Shown: one piece after another, positions 29,904-48,111 of the stretch | Layout of the letters: each line of letters opens with the position of its first letter | Position numbering within the stretch: the first letter of the stretch is position 1 | NCBI GenBank assembly: GCA_009914755.4 | Contig: CP086569.2 | Span: forward strand, 4,512,001 to 4,576,000 | Length of the DNA stretch: 64,000 nt | Direction: 5' to 3' | DNA from: the human T2T-CHM13v2.0 reference genome, Homo sapiens | Position numbers and translations under genes: made by a program | Notes under the pieces: generated by a model | Database searches by the model: none | What the model saw: only the letters and a program-made list of their open reading frames with translations | Told to the model about the DNA's origin: nothing

Positions 29904-31870
29904 TTATATTGACTTTCTAAACCTCTTGTTTTCTTTTTGCCTTCTGTAACACCAATATTTGATCATTTTATGGTGTCCCATATGTCATGTAGATTTTGCT
30001 CATCTTTTTTATTCTTTTGTCTTTATTTTTGTCTGACTGGTTTATTTCAAAATACCTGTCTTCAAGTTCCAACATACTTTCTTTAGCTTGAGCTAGTCTA
30101 TATTGAAGCTTTCAAATGTATTTTGTATTTCATGCCATGTATTCTTTAATTTCAGAATTTCTGTTTGTTTGTTGTTTTAATGATATTTATCTCTTTGGTA
30201 AATTTCTTATTCATATCCTGAATTTGTTTTTCATTTCTCTGTATTTATTTTTAGTATTCTCTTGTGTCTTACTAGACTTATTTAGTACCAACATTTTAAA
30301 TTATTTTACTATAATTTTTAAAATTTATTTTTGATTGAGGTCTTCTGCTGGAGGATTGTTGTGTTCCTTTGGAAGTGTCATGTTTATTTGCTTTTTTAAT
30401 GTTTCTCATGCCCTTACATTAATATTTTTTGCATCTGCTGTAATAGTAGCTTCTTCCAATTTTAAAAATGTACTTATTTGGGAGAGGACTTTTTCCTGAA
30501 GATGTATCTATGGGGTTGGAGTAGTGTAGTCTCTGTGTGATTTCTTCATTTGTAAACAGTGTCAGTAGTATCTTATTATTTCCTCAGTACCTTAGGGTGT
30601 GGTTGATAGTAGAAACTGTGGTGAAGTTTTGCTAAAAACTGGGACACTAAGTTGGCCTGCCTTTATGCCCCAGATAGTGGTGGACTAAGCATACCTGTCC
30701 TTAGGTCCCAGGGTAATATATGCTGACACTGTTTTTAGTAGGTTCAGGCATCCTGATCTTGGGTCTCAATGTTGCTTGTTTAGTTTCCTAGGATGGCAGT
30801 GGTGGGCCAGGCAAGTAAGTGGATTCATGAGCTTCTGGGCAGTGAGTGTGGCATTGGTGATGGCAGTAGTAGTGGTGGGAAAAGCTCCAGGATCCAAACT
30901 ATCCACACTGGAATGGGTGCTGACTGTGATGGGCTAGCCAGTCTAGTCCCCAGGCCCACATGTGGCACATACAGGTGGATGCCAGCTGTAATGTTAGCAG
31001 CAGGTTGAGTGGGCATGACTTCAGACAACGGGAGGAGTACTCAGGCGCCAATAGTGGTAGACAGGGCTGGGTTATTTACAGGCTTCTTGATGACATGCTT
31101 GGGCTCTGCAGGGTTAATAGTGGGATGGACAATCACCCTGACAGGCCCCCTGGTGGTGCATGCATGTGCTGGGTGTGGTAGGCAGGAACAGGGTGATCCC
31201 CAGGCCACAGGCAAAATGCTCTTGTGAGGGTAGCAGCTGTGCCATGTCCCCGCTTCTGGGGGAGGACATGGTTGCTTTCTGTGGGAGCAGCCATAGGGAG
31301 TTGGCTGAGTGTCACACACTTCACTTGAACCTAAGCGCTGCAGCAGTACGCAAGTGGTTATAGGCAGGGAAATTTGTTCTCAGGGTGCATGAAAATGTAT
31401 CACTTCTCCTCTGCTGGGGGTCAAGGTGGCATGAGGTCACTGCTAGTGGTTCCTGCCAAACCCTGACAGTGACAGATGTGGGTGAGAAATGTCAATGGGG
31501 CTCCAGGAATGTGGAGATGCAGAGGGTGTTGAGCAGCAGGGCTGGATGTAGTCTGATTGGGGCTAGGTTCCCAAAATGGTGCCATGCTTCATTTGCTTAG
31601 GACTCAGAGGTTTGTGGGACCCAGCATAAGCTCAGTCTCTGGAGCAATGCCTTTATGTAGTCTCCAGGCAGCATTTTATGCTAATTTCAGGGCCTATGAG
31701 GCTTGAGAGGCTCTCCCATGGCTAGGATTGCAGAAGTCTGTGGTGGGACTATGGACCACTGGGTGTGTCTTTCACTTATGTTTTCCTTGCAGTAGGGAGC
31801 CTCTCCAGACTCCCAGCTGATCCCAGCCAAAAAAAAGCTGCCTTGCTTCTCTCTTTTTCTTTGTTTTCAG
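29904..31870 (-). mobile_element. Probable fragment of an older L1 5' region (antisense), adjacent to and apparently unrelated to the L1 at 24950-29903
   Basis: GC-rich sequence resembling the 5' region of the old L1 at 58400-60250; overlapping ORFs on both strands are typical of decayed GC-rich 5'UTRs. No consensus match that I can recite. Confidence 0.3.
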
Positions 31871-32766
31871 TGCTTCTTATCACTACTCTATTAAATTCCA
31901 GTGATCTCTCTTAGATAATTTATCCAGTTTCTGTATTAGATATGTTTAAGACAAATTTGCATTAACATTTAAATCTTATTGGGGCTTAGTATTCTTTTTC
32001 ATTCAATAAACATTTGTGAAGAACAACTATTTCCTGGAGATTTTGCTAGGCATTAGGAATATAAATAAAGATAAGATGCTTTTTCCCACTTTGTGGATTT
32101 CACAATATAGTAGAAGAAAGTATGAAATTATCGCAATACAATTAGATAATTATCACATCAGAAATATTTGTCAAGTCCTGTGTGAACTGAATGAAAATTT
32201 GTCTATATTTTACTTACAAAAATTCAAGGTCACTGAAGAGAAATATTACACATTAATATGTGTGAAATGTAAACCACAGATCTGGTTATCACAATTACTT
32301 AATTTAATGTTAATCTCACTTTCCATCAAGGAGCTCATGTCTTGAACAAAATAGAACCAAACCTAATGCTCATTAAGCAATCAAATTGAAATATAAATAA
32401 ATTTATTTTCAACCGGTAGAATTTTGATATTTATGTTAGCCCAGATCCTTCAAGAAGTAGAATCCAGAATGTGATTAGATGTGCAAGAGGTTTATGCAAG
32501 AAATTAAAGAACATCTAAACAAATGAAAATATATTTATGTTTATTAACAAGGGGACTTAACATTGTTAAGATGTCAATACCACCAACAGCAATCTACATA
32601 TTCAATAAAATTAATGTCAAAAGTCCAACAGTATTATTTGCAAAAATGAAAAAGTTGATGATCAAATTAATATGAAACTGCAAGTAGCCTCAAAGAGCCA
32701 AAAAAAAACTTGAATAAGAAGAATAGAATTAGAGGAGTCACACTTCCCAATGTCAAAACTTCCCAA

Positions 32767-32797
32767 TGTCAAAACTTTCTCTCTCTCTCTCTCTCTC
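32767..32797. repeat. (CT)n microsatellite, preceded by a short tandem duplication cttcccaatgtcaaaact x2
   Basis: tctctctctctctctctctctgtctctct. Confidence 0.9.
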
Positions 32798-33403
32798 TGT
32801 CTCTCTAGAGGAACTGAATTAATAGGATATATGTATATATGAAAGGGAGTTTACTAAGGAGAGTTGACTCACATGATCACAAGGTAATGTCCCACGATAG
32901 ATCATCTGCAACTTTAGGAGCAACAAAGCCAACAGTGAATTAGTTCAAGTCCCAAAACCTCAAAAGTAGGGAGCTGACAGTGCAGCCTTCAGTCTGTGGC
33001 CAAAGTCCTGAAAGCCCCTGGCAAACAACTGGTGTAAGTCTAAGAGTCGAAAAGTCAAAAAATTTGGAGTCTGTTATTATAGAGCAAGAAGTATCTATCA
33101 CAGGAGAAAGATAAAGGCCAGAAGACTCAGCAAGTCTAATCTTTCCAATTTCTTCTACCTGCTTTACTCTAGCTGTGCTGGCAGCTGATTAAATGATGCC
33201 CACTCAGATTGAGGGTGGGTCTGCCTCTCCCAGTCCACTGATTCAAATGTTAATCTCCCTTGGGAACACCCTCACAGACAAACCTAGGAAAAATACTTGG
33301 CATATTTCAATCCAATCAAGTTGACATTCAATATTAACCATCAATATACTAATTAAAACAATATGGAAGTCTGGAGGGGAGAGGGATGTTAGAAAGATGG
33401 CAG

Positions 33404-33850
33404 AGTAAGAAGCCCTAGATCTTCCTTCTTCCCACAGAAACACCAATTCAACTATAATAGTCTGATCATTTCCTTTTATGAGACATTTAGAAACCAGGTA
33501 AGAGGCTCCTACACCCCCAAGCAAGCACAATACCAACCATATTGAAAATGGTAGGAAAATTTGTGGTAGTCTATCACCTCAGTCCCTCCCTAGCACAAGG
33601 ACACACAACAGGGAGGAAACTTTTAGCTTCCAGCTTCTCACTAAAGAAGGAAAGAGAAGACTGGACCATGTTACTAACATTGTGACTTTTTGGGGAGGCT
33701 TCTGGAGTGACTGGCTTATATTTAACCTGTCTTGGAGCACTGACAGCATACTCTAGATTCCTGGAGACCAGTGCAGTCAAAAGATCCAGGCAGCATCCTG
33801 CTGTCTTAGAGGGCCCATTGAGCTTGTTTGGCCTCTTTCTCAGGGGGCAA
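33404..33850 (+). mobile_element. Possible 5' start of an old L1 that received the full-length L1PA insertion
   Basis: gttagaaagatggcagagtaagaagccctagatcttccttcttcccacagaaacaccaattcaactataat resembles the 5' start of the old L1 at 10860 (caagatggcaaaatggaaagccccactgatcatccccaaggacaccaattttacaattg). Confidence 0.3.
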
Positions 33851-33860
33851 AAGAAGACTG

Positions 33861-34898
33861 GGGGGGAGGAGCCAAGATGGCCAAATAGGAACAGCTCCGG
33901 TCTACAGCTCCCAGCGTGAGCAACGCAGAAGACGGGTGATTTCTGCATTTCCATCTGAGGTACCAGTTTCATCTCACTAGGGAGTGCCAGACAGTGGGTG
34001 CAGGACAGTGGGTGCAGCGCGCTGTGTGCGAGCCAAAGCAGGGCGAGGCATTGCCTCACTCAGGAAGCAGAAGGGGTCAGGGAGTTCCCTTTCCTGGTCA
34101 AGGAAAGGGGTGACAGACGGCACCTGGAAAATTGGGTCACTCCCACCCGAATACTGCACTTTTCCGATGGGCTTAGGAAACAGCTCACCAGGAGATTATA
34201 TCCTGCACCTGGCTCGGAGGGTCCTATGCCCACGGAGTCTCCCTGATTGCTAGCACAGCAGTCTGAGATCAAACTGCAAGGTGGCAGTGAGGCTGGGGGA
34301 GGGGCGCCCACAATTGCCCAGGCTTGCTTAGGTAAACAAAGCAGCCTGGAAGCTCCAACTGGGTGGAGCCCACCACAGCTCAAGGAGGCCTGCCTGGCTC
34401 TGTAGGCTCCACCTCTGGGGGCAGGGCACAGACAAACAAAAAGACAGCAGTAACCTCTGCAGACTTAAATGTCCCTGCCTGACAGCTTTGAAGAGAGCAG
34501 TGGTTCTCCCAGCACGCAGCTGGAGATCTGAGAATGGGCAGACTGCCTCCTCAAGTGGGTCCCTGACCCCTGACCCCCAAGCAGCCTAACTGGGAGGCAC
34601 CCCCCCAGTAGGGGCAGACTGACACCTCACACGGCCGGGTACTCCTCTGAGACAAAACTTCCAGAGGAACAATCAGACAGCAGCATTAGCGGTTCAGGAA
34701 AATTTGCGGTTCTGTAGACATCGCTGCTGATAACCAGGCAAACAGGTTCTGGAGTGGACCTCTAGCAAACTCCAACAGACCTGCAGCTGGGGGTCCTTTC
34801 TGTTAAAAGGAAAACTAACAAACAGAAAGGACATCCACACCAAAAACCCATCTGTACATCACCATCATCAAAGACCAAAAGTAGATAAAACCACAAAG
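33861..34898 (+). promoter_or_regulatory. L1 5'UTR (internal sense promoter with YY1 core ccaagatggcc near nt 12-22; an antisense promoter region is expected in this family)
   Basis: The motif gccaagatggcc is present at the element start. Promoter function is inferred from established L1 biology and is not testable from sequence alone. Confidence 0.5.
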
Positions 34899-35915
34899 AT
34901 GGGGAGAAAACAGAGCAGAAAAACCGGAAACTCTAAAAAGCAGAGCACCACTCCTCCTCCAAAGGAACGCAGTTCCTCACCAGCAATGGTACAAAGCTGG
35001 ACGGAGAATGACTTGGATGAGCTGAGAGAAGAAGGCTTCAAATGATCAAACTATTCCGAGCTACAGGAGGAAATTCAAACCAAAGGCAAAGAAGTTGAAA
35101 ACTTTGAAAAAAATTTAGAAGAATGTATGACTAGAATAAACAATACAGAGAAGTGCTTAAAGGAGCTGATGGAGTTGAAAGCCAAGGTTCGAGAACTACG
35201 TGAAGAATGCAGAAGCCTCAGGAGCCTATGTGATCAACTGGAAGAAAGGGTAACAGCGATGGAAGATGAAATGAATGAAAAGAAGTGAGAAGGGAAGGTT
35301 AGAGAAAAAAGAATGAAAAGAAAAGAGCAAAGCCTCCAAGAAATATGGGACTATATGAAAAGACCAAATCTGCATCTGATTGGTGTACCTGAAAGTGATG
35401 GGGAGAATGGAACCAAGTTGGAAAACACTCTGCAGGATATTATCCAGGAGAACTTCCCCAATCTAGCAAGGCAGGCCAACATTCAGATTCAGGAAATACA
35501 GAGAATGCCACAAAGATACTCCTCGAGAAGAGCAACTCCAAGACACATAATTGTCAGATTCATCAAAGTTGAAATGAAGGAAAAAATGGTAAGGTCAGCC
35601 AGAGAGAAAGGTCGGGTTACCCACGAAGGGAAGCTCCTCAGACTAACAGCGGATCTCTCGGCTGAAACTCTACAAGCCAGAAGAGAGTGGGGGCCAATAT
35701 TCAACATTCTTACAGCAAAGAATTTTCAACCAGAATTTCATATCCAGCCAAACTAAGCTTCATAAGTGAAGGAGAAATAAAATATTTTACAGACAAGCAA
35801 ATGCTGAGAGATTTTGTCACCACCAGGCCTGCCCTAAAAGAGCTCCTGAAGGAAGCACTAAACATGGAAAAGCACAACCGGTACCAGCTGCTGCAAAATC
35901 ATGCCAAAATGTAAA
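34899..35915 (+). pseudogene. L1 ORF1 remnant with premature stop and frameshifts
   Basis: ATG at 34899 gives MGRKQSRKTGNSKKQSTTPPPKERSSSPAMVQSWTENDLDELREEGFK then TGA. The C-terminal half survives in other frames (ORF-track 35313..35756 and 35687..35914, ending …LLQNHAKM). Confidence 0.9.
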
Positions 35916-35977
35916 GACCATCGAGACTAGGAAGAAACTGCATTAACTAATGAGCAAAATGACTAGCTAACATCAAA

Positions 35978-39800
<3,823 letters not shown>

Positions 39801-41706
39801 TGGGAACTGAAAAATGAGAATACATGGACACAGGAAGGGGAACATCACACTCTGGGGACTGTTGTGGGGTGGGGGAAGGGGGGAGGGATAGCTTTAGGAG
39901 ATATACCTAATGCTAAATGATGAGTTAATGGGTGCAGCACACCAGCATGGCACATGTATACATATGTAACTAACCTGCACATTGTACACATGTACCCTAA
40001 AACTTAAAGTATAATAATAATTTAAAAAGAAAAAAAAATCAAAGAAAATCTTAAAAAAACCAAAAAACAAAACAAAAAAAAACCAGAAAAGAAAAAAAAG
40101 AAGACTGAAGCATGCACATCTAATGCTCCAGGCTTTTGAGGGACTGTCTAAGGGGTTGTTTTCTGTCTAGTCTAACTTGGGGTGTTGATGTGTGTATTTG
40201 TGTGTGTATGCATATCTATGCAAAATCCCACCATACTTAGTGTTTTTTTAAATCTAGAAAGCACTCAACCAATTAGCAAAGGAGCTAGTAACAATGTTGA
40301 TTCAAAGCAAATATTAAGAAAGCTATCATTTTTTTATAGGATTCTCAGCACATTTAATCAGTCATAATTTTAAGTATAATTCATGGATATTTAGATTAGA
40401 CTCACCTTAGACATGGAAAGGCCATGGGTGTCTGCTTGTTTTGTACTGCTTCAAAGCAAGAGAAAAACAGAATTAGCCCAATTGTAAGAAGTATCTTGGC
40501 CAATTAAAACAGAATAATCAGAATGAATTATTTGTGAAGCTATTTAACAAATAATAAAACACCTCCTTTACTTACTTTATTCATTCATTTAACAAATTTT
40601 GTTGAACCCTTTCTGTACAAACACACAAAATAAACCCTTACTCTCATTTAGCTTATATTCTAATACAGAAAATTTTATTCATAAAGGTGTAAATAATGGC
40701 ACAAAGTAGCATATAATTTATAGAGTAGTTGTTTAGGCAATATGCAATATAGAAATTACAATAAAAAGTAGTTTTATTTGGAAATAGGGAATACTTCGTG
40801 AAAGATTTATAAACTAACTTAATCTGGGCCCTAAAGAAAGGAGTATTGAGTCATTTTTCTGGCTACAGTTTTAGTTAATAAACCATTGAATTAAAAAAAA
40901 TGGTTTCACTGTGCTTTCCAAGATTGTCTCCAGATAAAGCACACTGAAAGGATATACAGACAATCCCTGACTGAGGATGGTTCAACTTATTTTTTTTTAC
41001 TTGATGATGATGAAAATTCAATAGACATTCAGTAGAAACCATAATTCAGCAATTTTTTCTTAACTTTCAGTACAGCATTTGATAAATTACATGAGTTACT
41101 CAACACTTTATTTTAAAATAGCTTTGTGTTGGATGATTTTGCTCTACTATAGACTAATGTAAATGTTCTGAGCATGTTTAAGGTAGGCAAAGCTAAGCTA
41201 TGATGTTCACTAGATTAGGTGTGTTAAATGCAAGTTTGACTTACAGTATTTTCAACTTATGATGTATTTATCAAAATGTAACCCCATTATAAGTTGAGGA
41301 GTATCTGAAATTTGAGTGCTCGCTAAGTGAAAGCGTGTCATTTTTCTTATAATTTTTGCTATACTGTGAGCTCCTCATAGGTAAGAGTCCCCTCTAATTC
41401 ATGTTTGCATCCTCCTTCCATTCCAACTAGCACATAATAGGCACTCTGATGTAAAGCTAAGATACTATGATCAAAAAAATTAAATCATTGAATCATTTCC
41501 TATGTTCTTTCTTTTCTATAGAATGGCCTAACTTGGAATCTAGATCAGTTTTCCCCTTTAGTTTAATGTAATGAATATAGACAAAATGTTTAAATAATTT
41601 CATAACTTTGAACATACTTTGAACTTTCTGTTAAAGAATCTTCACATTTTATTCTGTGGCACTAATCAGGCATCAGGAAAATAAAGACGTGGCATTATAT
41701 ATACAT

Positions 41707-41737
41707 ATGTGTGTGTGTGTGCGCACACGTGTGTGTA
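41707..41737. repeat. (GT)n microsatellite with CG/CA interruptions
   Basis: atgtgtgtgtgtgtgcgcacacgtgtgtgtatc. Confidence 0.85.
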
Positions 41738-41801
41738 TCAACAACACAACTATAACCCTACATCCTCTTTTGAGGAGGATAGTAAACTCTAACTTAAGAT
41801 T

Positions 41802-42032
41802 GGGAACATCACACACCAGGGCCTTTTGTGGGGTAGGGGGAGGTGGGAGGGATAACATTAGGAGATATACCTAATGTAAATGACGAGTTAATGGGTGCAG
41901 CACACCAACATGGCACATGTATACATATGTAACAAACCTGCACGTTGTGCACATGTATCCTATAACTTAAAGTAAAATTATATATATATACATATATATA
42001 TACATACACACACACACATATATATATATAAA
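41802..42032 (+). mobile_element. L1 extreme 3' end fragment with (TA)n/(CA)n tail
   Basis: gggaacatcacacaccagggccttttgtggggtagggggaggtgggagggataacattaggagatatacctaatgtaaatgacgagttaatgggtgcagcacaccaacatggcacatgtatacatatgtaacaaacctgcacgttgtgcacatgtatcctataacttaaagtaaaat. Confidence 0.9.
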
Positions 42033-45024
42033 AGATTTACTCTTTGTCTAACTATGTGGCATGCCCTGTAGCCACTATTTAACAATTCTCAATTTAATCA
42101 AACTTTAAGTTTCATCATCTAGGAAATTTCAGAATGTGTTCTGTAATGGTTTTGATTTGGTAGTTGAAAAAACAAAAATCATCCTCATTACCATTACCAC
42201 AGACTCGTGAAATCATAGCATCAGAATGGGCTACAAGAAGTTATCTAGGTTTCTAGGCAGCTCTGTGCCTCCTACTTTTGGCTTGTTGCAGAATCAATCA
42301 ACACTTACCCGTGTTTTTTTTTTGTAATGGATGTCTAGAAGTCCTGGTACTTGAGCTACTCAAAAGTCACTAACAGTTTGTAAAAATTTTTTACTAAAGC
42401 AAAATTTTCTAGTAGGGAGCATTATCAAAATATACCCTTAAGATAGGTGAAAATCACAAGTGCTCTCAGTGTTACCCTGTAACATGGTAGGAGAGATCAC
42501 TAAAGTGAGCTGTGTTGTGATAAATAGACTGTATTGCCTTTCTTGGCTTCTGACCTTGATTGTTACAAAGTTTCTTCTATAACTCAAAAACAAAACTAAA
42601 TCCCAAGCTGACCAATATTGGTTTTTAACCCTGTGTTACAAATACATATAGATTCTCTGGTATGGTGGCAAAAAATAACCTGCATGAAGGAAACCATTAC
42701 CTACTTGAAGAATTTGAAGAATTAAGCCACCCTGTGAATTGTTTCCACCAAGTATACAGTTTCATTTGGACATGTGAGTAGAGTGATAAAACAGAATTCT
42801 TTACAAGAGGGTACAGGTTCATCTGATTTGAGCTACGGAGGGAGTTAAACGTTGTATCATGGTTACACCTTACTCTACCAGTGCAGTGCAGAAACAGTGA
42901 GAGTGGGCATTGATGCATAACAAAATTGGGTTTAATTTTAGCCAGTTACCAGTTGGGGGACTAAGGTCTTAATTATCTAGATTCGTGACTGGTAAATAAT
43001 AATAATGCCTATCTATAATGGATACTGAGTGCACAGTAGATGACACATAATAGGCGCTGTGTAAAGAAGGGTGCTACTCATTTTATGTTCATCATCATCA
43101 CAGCAGGCAGTAAAATTGTGATACCAATCGTTATTTTTATTTTTGTGTAAGTGGTAATTTCAAAAGTGGCTGTGATTCCTTTTTCTAGATTTTTCTCCTT
43201 CTTATTACTCTCTAGGTGTAATCACATATCTAATAAAACCATATTGGTTAACCATAAAAACATTGATTTAAAAGCCCTTTAATATTGGAAGAAATAAAAA
43301 TAGCAAAGGCATACAACCTTCCAAGCTAAAATTCTGAGTTATAAATTCAAGTGATTCAAATTGATACAAACAAAATAAAACTTTCTAAATTGCTAAAAGT
43401 GGGGAAGATTTGAACATTAGCCTCAATTTTGGAAATCAAACAACTGGAAGCCTTGCAATAGGTGGTTTGACTTTTATAAGATCAACTGGATGCTTTTAGA
43501 ATAAAAGTTTTTTTTATTTACTTTATTTGATAACCCAAATAAATGTTCATGAAATAGATGTGTTCTATATAGCAGTAGGTCATAGAGACATTGATCAGAG
43601 TGCAGGAAATAGGAAAAGATAGAGCATCGAACTGCGTATTTATATATCCAAGGTAAATGAGAACATGATTATAAGTAATATCATTTTAGGATTTACAATT
43701 CTTTTAGATTTAATATTGGATGACTAACTGTATTTTATTTTTGACAGATAATAAGTCAATTACATCTCTTTTATTATCCTGGGAGGCCTCTGACTTTGGG
43801 ATATAAAAAAAATAGAGGAAGTATTTTTTTAAAATAACCCTGGTAAGTAGATACAAACCCTCTAACAATTTAGCTTCTCATATTTTCTATTTCCTGTCTG
43901 AGACAGAGAGAAGCAACTGTGCTGCATTATCAAAAAATTAAATGAAAAATTAAAACATCAGAGAGTGTAAATGTCTGCTTCCAGTGACACAACGCTTAGT
44001 CAATATCATTTGGCTTTGCTTAGGGAGCTTATGTTTTCCTGCACATTGTAATCATCTCCGCATTAAATTACATTTGAAATAGAAAGAGAACATATGAAGA
44101 AAATGCTTAAGAAAATGAGCTATGCATCTTGACATCTCTTTCTCAAGTTCTATTCAATTTGATCATTCATAAAATATAAGCTATGCATTTTTATTCTTTG
44201 TCAACACCCACTCTCCACCTCCGCCCCTACATCCACATCCAATTAATATTTTACTGTAATTTATAAAGAAAAAGCAGTGTTATGATTGATGAGAGTAAAA
44301 AGATTTTTAGTTACACTTAACACATAAATGCAAAAAGTTTAAATGAATGATTACTAAAATAAATGTATAATTTCCACAGGGAAATACATTAAAAAAAAAG
44401 TAGAGTTGTCAAGGTAAAACTTGAGTAAGAATTTTTAAACCAAAGGGGTACCTGAACAACATTCAGAAATATTGAAACAAAAGTTTCAATCTCCATCTGA
44501 ATTTTGATTACTAGTGGAACAACCAACTAATTCCCAAAAAGAGAAGAAGAATTGCTGAGGATTTGGAAGTGGATTGGATCTCTCTCATCTAGCTATGTGT
44601 GTTACATCTCCTATTCCACAAGGTTTTCATACAAAGGAGTTGGAGAAATATTTTATTACTTTGCACCCAGAGTCAAGCTTTCTTGTATGAGTAAGAACCA
44701 GCTTCATCCAAATAGTGAACATGATTTCCAATGTGATGTTCACTACTCTTTAGTAAAATGTACCCACATACATAAGCACCTCCCTTGAATTCCTGTTGAA
44801 TCACTAAATCCTGAGATCAAGAAGTAAAAATTTCTTTTTTTTCTCTTAGTTTAGGAAGTTTTTCTGGGCAACTACCCGGCCCTACAGATGACTACTGATT
44901 AACCAATGCTACTTATAAAATAAAAAATTAAGAGGCATTATAATTATTCATCTGTATGTTCAAAGAGAGGAAATGAAGTCTGTTTAATTTTACTCCAGCT
45001 GAACAAGAAGCTTTATTATGGCAT

Positions 45025-45100
45025 TTCCTCCCTCCTTCTACTTTTCCCTACCTTCCTCCCTCCATTCCTTCCTTCTTTCTTTTCCTCCCTCCCCCCTTAT
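45025..45100. repeat. Polypyrimidine (CT-rich) tract of about 75 bp on the + strand
   Basis: ttcctccctccttctacttttccctaccttcctccctccattccttccttctttcttttcctccctcccccctta. Confidence 0.9.
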
Positions 45101-45806
45101 TTTCATACCTATTTGAGTGCCTCCTTCATATCAGGCACTGTGACAGGAGAAGAAAAAACAAACAATGTAGGGCCAAAATAGGTAAAGTTCATTTCATGTG
45201 GCTGACCATCTTCTTAGGAGAAATGACATTAATCAAATTACCAATTAATTATTAATCATTACTAATAAATATTTAATTAGAACTGTAAAAACTGCAATGA
45301 AGTGGAGGAAAATGGTACTATGGCAACATAAAATAGAGATTTTACCTAGTCAAAAGCCAAAGGGAAGTTTTCACAATGGACTCTCACTTAAGAGCTAAAG
45401 GAGTAGTATGAGATAACTGAGTAAACAGGGAAAAACTATTGCAGTGGAATGCAAAATCAGTGAAAGAGAGAGCCTTACTAGAAGACCAAGGTAAAACAAA
45501 CTGCTAAATATGATACCTAACTTATTGGAGAATATCTGGTAGAATATATACAGAGGGAGAAATATATTAAAGTCAAAACTGAATAGAAAACAGATGTGAA
45601 ACACAATGATTTAAAAATCAATTTAAAAAATCAATCTTAGCAATTATTTGTGCAATAATTTAACATTTGGATTTCATTGCTTTTGAATCATTTTGGTGAT
45701 TATGCATGATTATTCAATAAGTACTGTCTAGACAGTGTGAACCATTTGCTTAATATTAAAAGTTAAATAGATATTCCTCACTTATCGACTAAATGTTTCA
45801 TTTCCA

Positions 45807-45847
45807 TACACACACATTCACACACACACACAAACACACACACACAG
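45807..45847. repeat. (CA)n microsatellite, imperfect
   Basis: cacacacattcacacacacacacaaacacacacacacag. Confidence 0.9.
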
Positions 45848-46737
45848 ATGTAAATATGTCAATATAGGAGATAAACAGTAGATTTTAATATTTCCCCATG
45901 GTACTATTTGTTAATTAATTATCTATCCAACATTCTTTGCTCTTATACTATTTCTACTGAAACTTTGGATAAGTAAACAAAACGTGTATTGTTAGCTTAA
46001 ACTTTTCATGGTTGGCATGAAAAAATGCAGTTGTTTATAGGTTTTGAATAAAAAGTTAATTAATTGGAGTTAAAATATTTGATAGACTTCAAATGTACAA
46101 TTCCCTGTACAATTCAAAAACTTAAATAAAAATTTATAATTTGATTTTTAATCTCACTCTCCAACTCTCCTATTGAGAGTTTGGAAAAGCATGTGCTACA
46201 AAAGCTAGAAAAGCCTCTGAGGACACTACCAATACTCCCTCTACAGGCCGATATGAAAAAGGACTGGAGAGTGGGATAGTCATCAGTATGCACTACACTC
46301 TAGCTGGTTCTTTTCTTTGCATCCTCCTGGGCTTGGTAGTCATAACTCAAAGTTTTCATGTTATACAGCAACCTGAATATGAAAGAAATGTTCTTCTAAA
46401 GGTTTATAAGAATATTAACAATGACTAAAATCAGTCACACATATCCACAAAAATTTCTTTATACTGGTATGTCATAATGCTCAAGTCCATTTTTAGATTT
46501 GATTTATAAACACAGAAGTATATATTACATCTATTTCATTGATTTATTCCTTTTGAAAACTCCATGTTAAGATTGTAGGTGGTTTCATATGGAAGCCCCA
46601 CTGGATGGGTGTTAATCCCACTTTGATCTCGGATTTCTCATACTATAATGGAAATGGTATGTTAATCAAAGAAAACCAAAGTAATCTTTTAATCCTGAGC
46701 ATAATAACTAAAAGTATCCTTCTCCTTGAAACACTGT

Positions 46738-47103
46738 TGTATTAGTCTGTTCTCACACTGCTGATAAAGACATACCCGAGACTGGGCAACTTTCAAAAGG
46801 AAGAGGTTTAATAGACTTACAGTTCCACGTGGCTGTGGAGGCCTCACAATCATGGTGAAAGACAAGGAGGAACAAGTCATGTCTTACATGGATGGCAGCA
46901 GGCAAAGAGGAAAGCTTATGCAGGGAACCTCCCTTTTTTTGAAACCATCAGATCTCATGAGACTTATTCTCTATCACAAGAACAGCACAGGAAAAATCCA
47001 CTCCCATGATTCAACTACCTCCCACTGGGTTCCTCACTTTACACGTGGGAACTGTGGAAGTTACAATTCAAGATGAGATTTGGGACACAGCCAAACCATA
47101 TCA
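46738..47103 (-). mobile_element. Solo THE1-type MaLR LTR
   Basis: tgtattagtctgttctcacactgctgataaagacatacccgagactgggcaactttcaaaaggaagaggtttaatagacttacagttccacgtggctgtggaggcctcacaatcatggtgaaag…tacaattcaagatgagatttgggacacagccaaaccatatca is the reverse complement of the THE1 LTR consensus. Confidence 0.9.
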
Positions 47104-48111
47104 TTGTTCACTGAAATATCATTATACAGCATATGACTGCATATAGATCCTTTTTTGAAGTGTACATTGGATAACAGATTAGGAAAACAATACTAGCATA
47201 TCAAAAAAAATACCCGCAGTTTAAATTCAAAAAGCTATTTAAACACACATGGCAATATAGATATACTTTGTTTTGGAATGTTTAGTGATTCAGACAAAAG
47301 GAACATGTTCTTACCTAAACTCTCAAGTTAGAGAGATCTAGAGAACTAAAAGGTAAATTCTAGAAGTATTTAATACTTCTAGCAGTTTTTATTTTATTGT
47401 ACCAAATTTAAAAATATGTCTTTTTTTTTTCTTTGTTAGATGTCAAGCTCCTTGAGCACAAGGACCATACTATATTAGCCTTTGAACTTAGAGGTTCTTG
47501 GCAGTAAATTAGTTAATATCAAATTTTAACTCCACAACTTACCCCTACCTCATAAAGGATGATTGGTGCATTACTCTTTACTTTTAAAATTGTGTTTATT
47601 TTTAATTTTTGTCAGCACAAAGTAGGTAAATATATGTATAGGGTATATGAGATACTTTGATACAGGCATGCAATGCATAATAATCACCTCACAGTAAATG
47701 GGATCTTCATCCCTCGAGCATTTATCCTTTATAGTATAAACAATGTAATTATACATTTTTACTAATTTTTAAATGTAAAAATAAATTATTACTGACTGTA
47801 GTCCTCTTGTTGTGATATCAAATAGTAGGTCTTATTCACTCTTTCTAACTACTGTTTGCACCCATTAACCATTCCCTCTTTACCCCCACTCACCCACAAC
47901 CATTCCCAATCTCTGGTAACCATTCATCTACTCTCTATCTTCATGAGTTCAAATGTTTTAAGTTTTAGCTCCCACAAATAAGTGAGAACATGCAAAGTTT
48001 GTCTTTCTGTGTCTGGCTTACTTCACTTAACAAAATGACCTCAAGTTTCATCTATGTTTTTGCAAATGACAGGATATCATTTTTAATGGTTGAATAGTAC
48101 TCCATTGTGTG

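Noticed and set aside
30750-31600. GC-rich block with overlapping 60-90-aa ORFs on both strands (e.g. 30793..31008, 30825..31028, 31009..31227, 31041..31319)
   Set aside because: Overlapping ORFs on both strands are what GC-rich non-coding sequence produces by chance. The block most likely belongs to the decayed 5' region of an old L1. It has no codon-usage asymmetry and no recognisable protein motif.
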